Under the pieces are notes generated by a model. It was given only the letters and a program-made list of their open reading frames with translations. It was not told where the DNA came from and searched no databases. DNA of 64,000 bases from Squalus acanthias (taxonomy: Eukaryota): positions 36,022,001-36,086,000 of the forward strand of contig CM059448.1 of the NCBI GenBank assembly GCA_030390025.1, written 5' to 3'. Shown here piece after piece: positions 63,848 through 64,000 of the stretch (position 1 is the first letter of the stretch; every line of letters starts with the position of its first letter). The translations under genes were made by a program, and so were the position numbers.

Positions 63848-64000
63848 GACATTCAGGACCTAGACAGCTAAAGGCACAGTCACCAATGTTGCAGCGATGG
63901 TGACTGGATTATACTAGCACTGTGATCTCAATTTGGGCAGCTGTTGCAATAATAGGCCTCAGTACCCTTGGGTTAGGGAAATGGGTGAGGATAAAAAGAT

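Overview
Vertebrate genomic DNA. The repeat content (HE1/V-SINE, Deu-domain SINE, CR1, L2, Penelope-like elements) points to a cartilaginous fish, probably a shark. The window lies inside one minus-strand gene, HIP1 (huntingtin-interacting protein 1). Nine coding exons (64/143/57/81/77/62/141/58/76 nt; exons 2-10 by the human numbering as I recall it) splice in frame to 253 codons of the ANTH-domain region. Exon 1 and exons 11 onward were not found in the window. The exon 2-3 intron is a U12-type AT-AC intron. The introns are filled with LINEs, SINEs, MITEs and tandem repeats, and nearly all ORF-track entries are spurious or transposon remnants. The most notable observations are: (1) a ~2.2-kb 32-bp minisatellite that puts a consensus 5' splice site plus G-runs in most units on the pre-mRNA strand; (2) short fold-back Penelope-derived elements with hammerhead-ribozyme cores at the hairpin apex, from two separate families; (3) a local inverted duplication inside the U12 intron. 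I cannot establish a new biological system from sequence alone. Repeat boundaries are approximate unless TIRs or TSDs are quoted.
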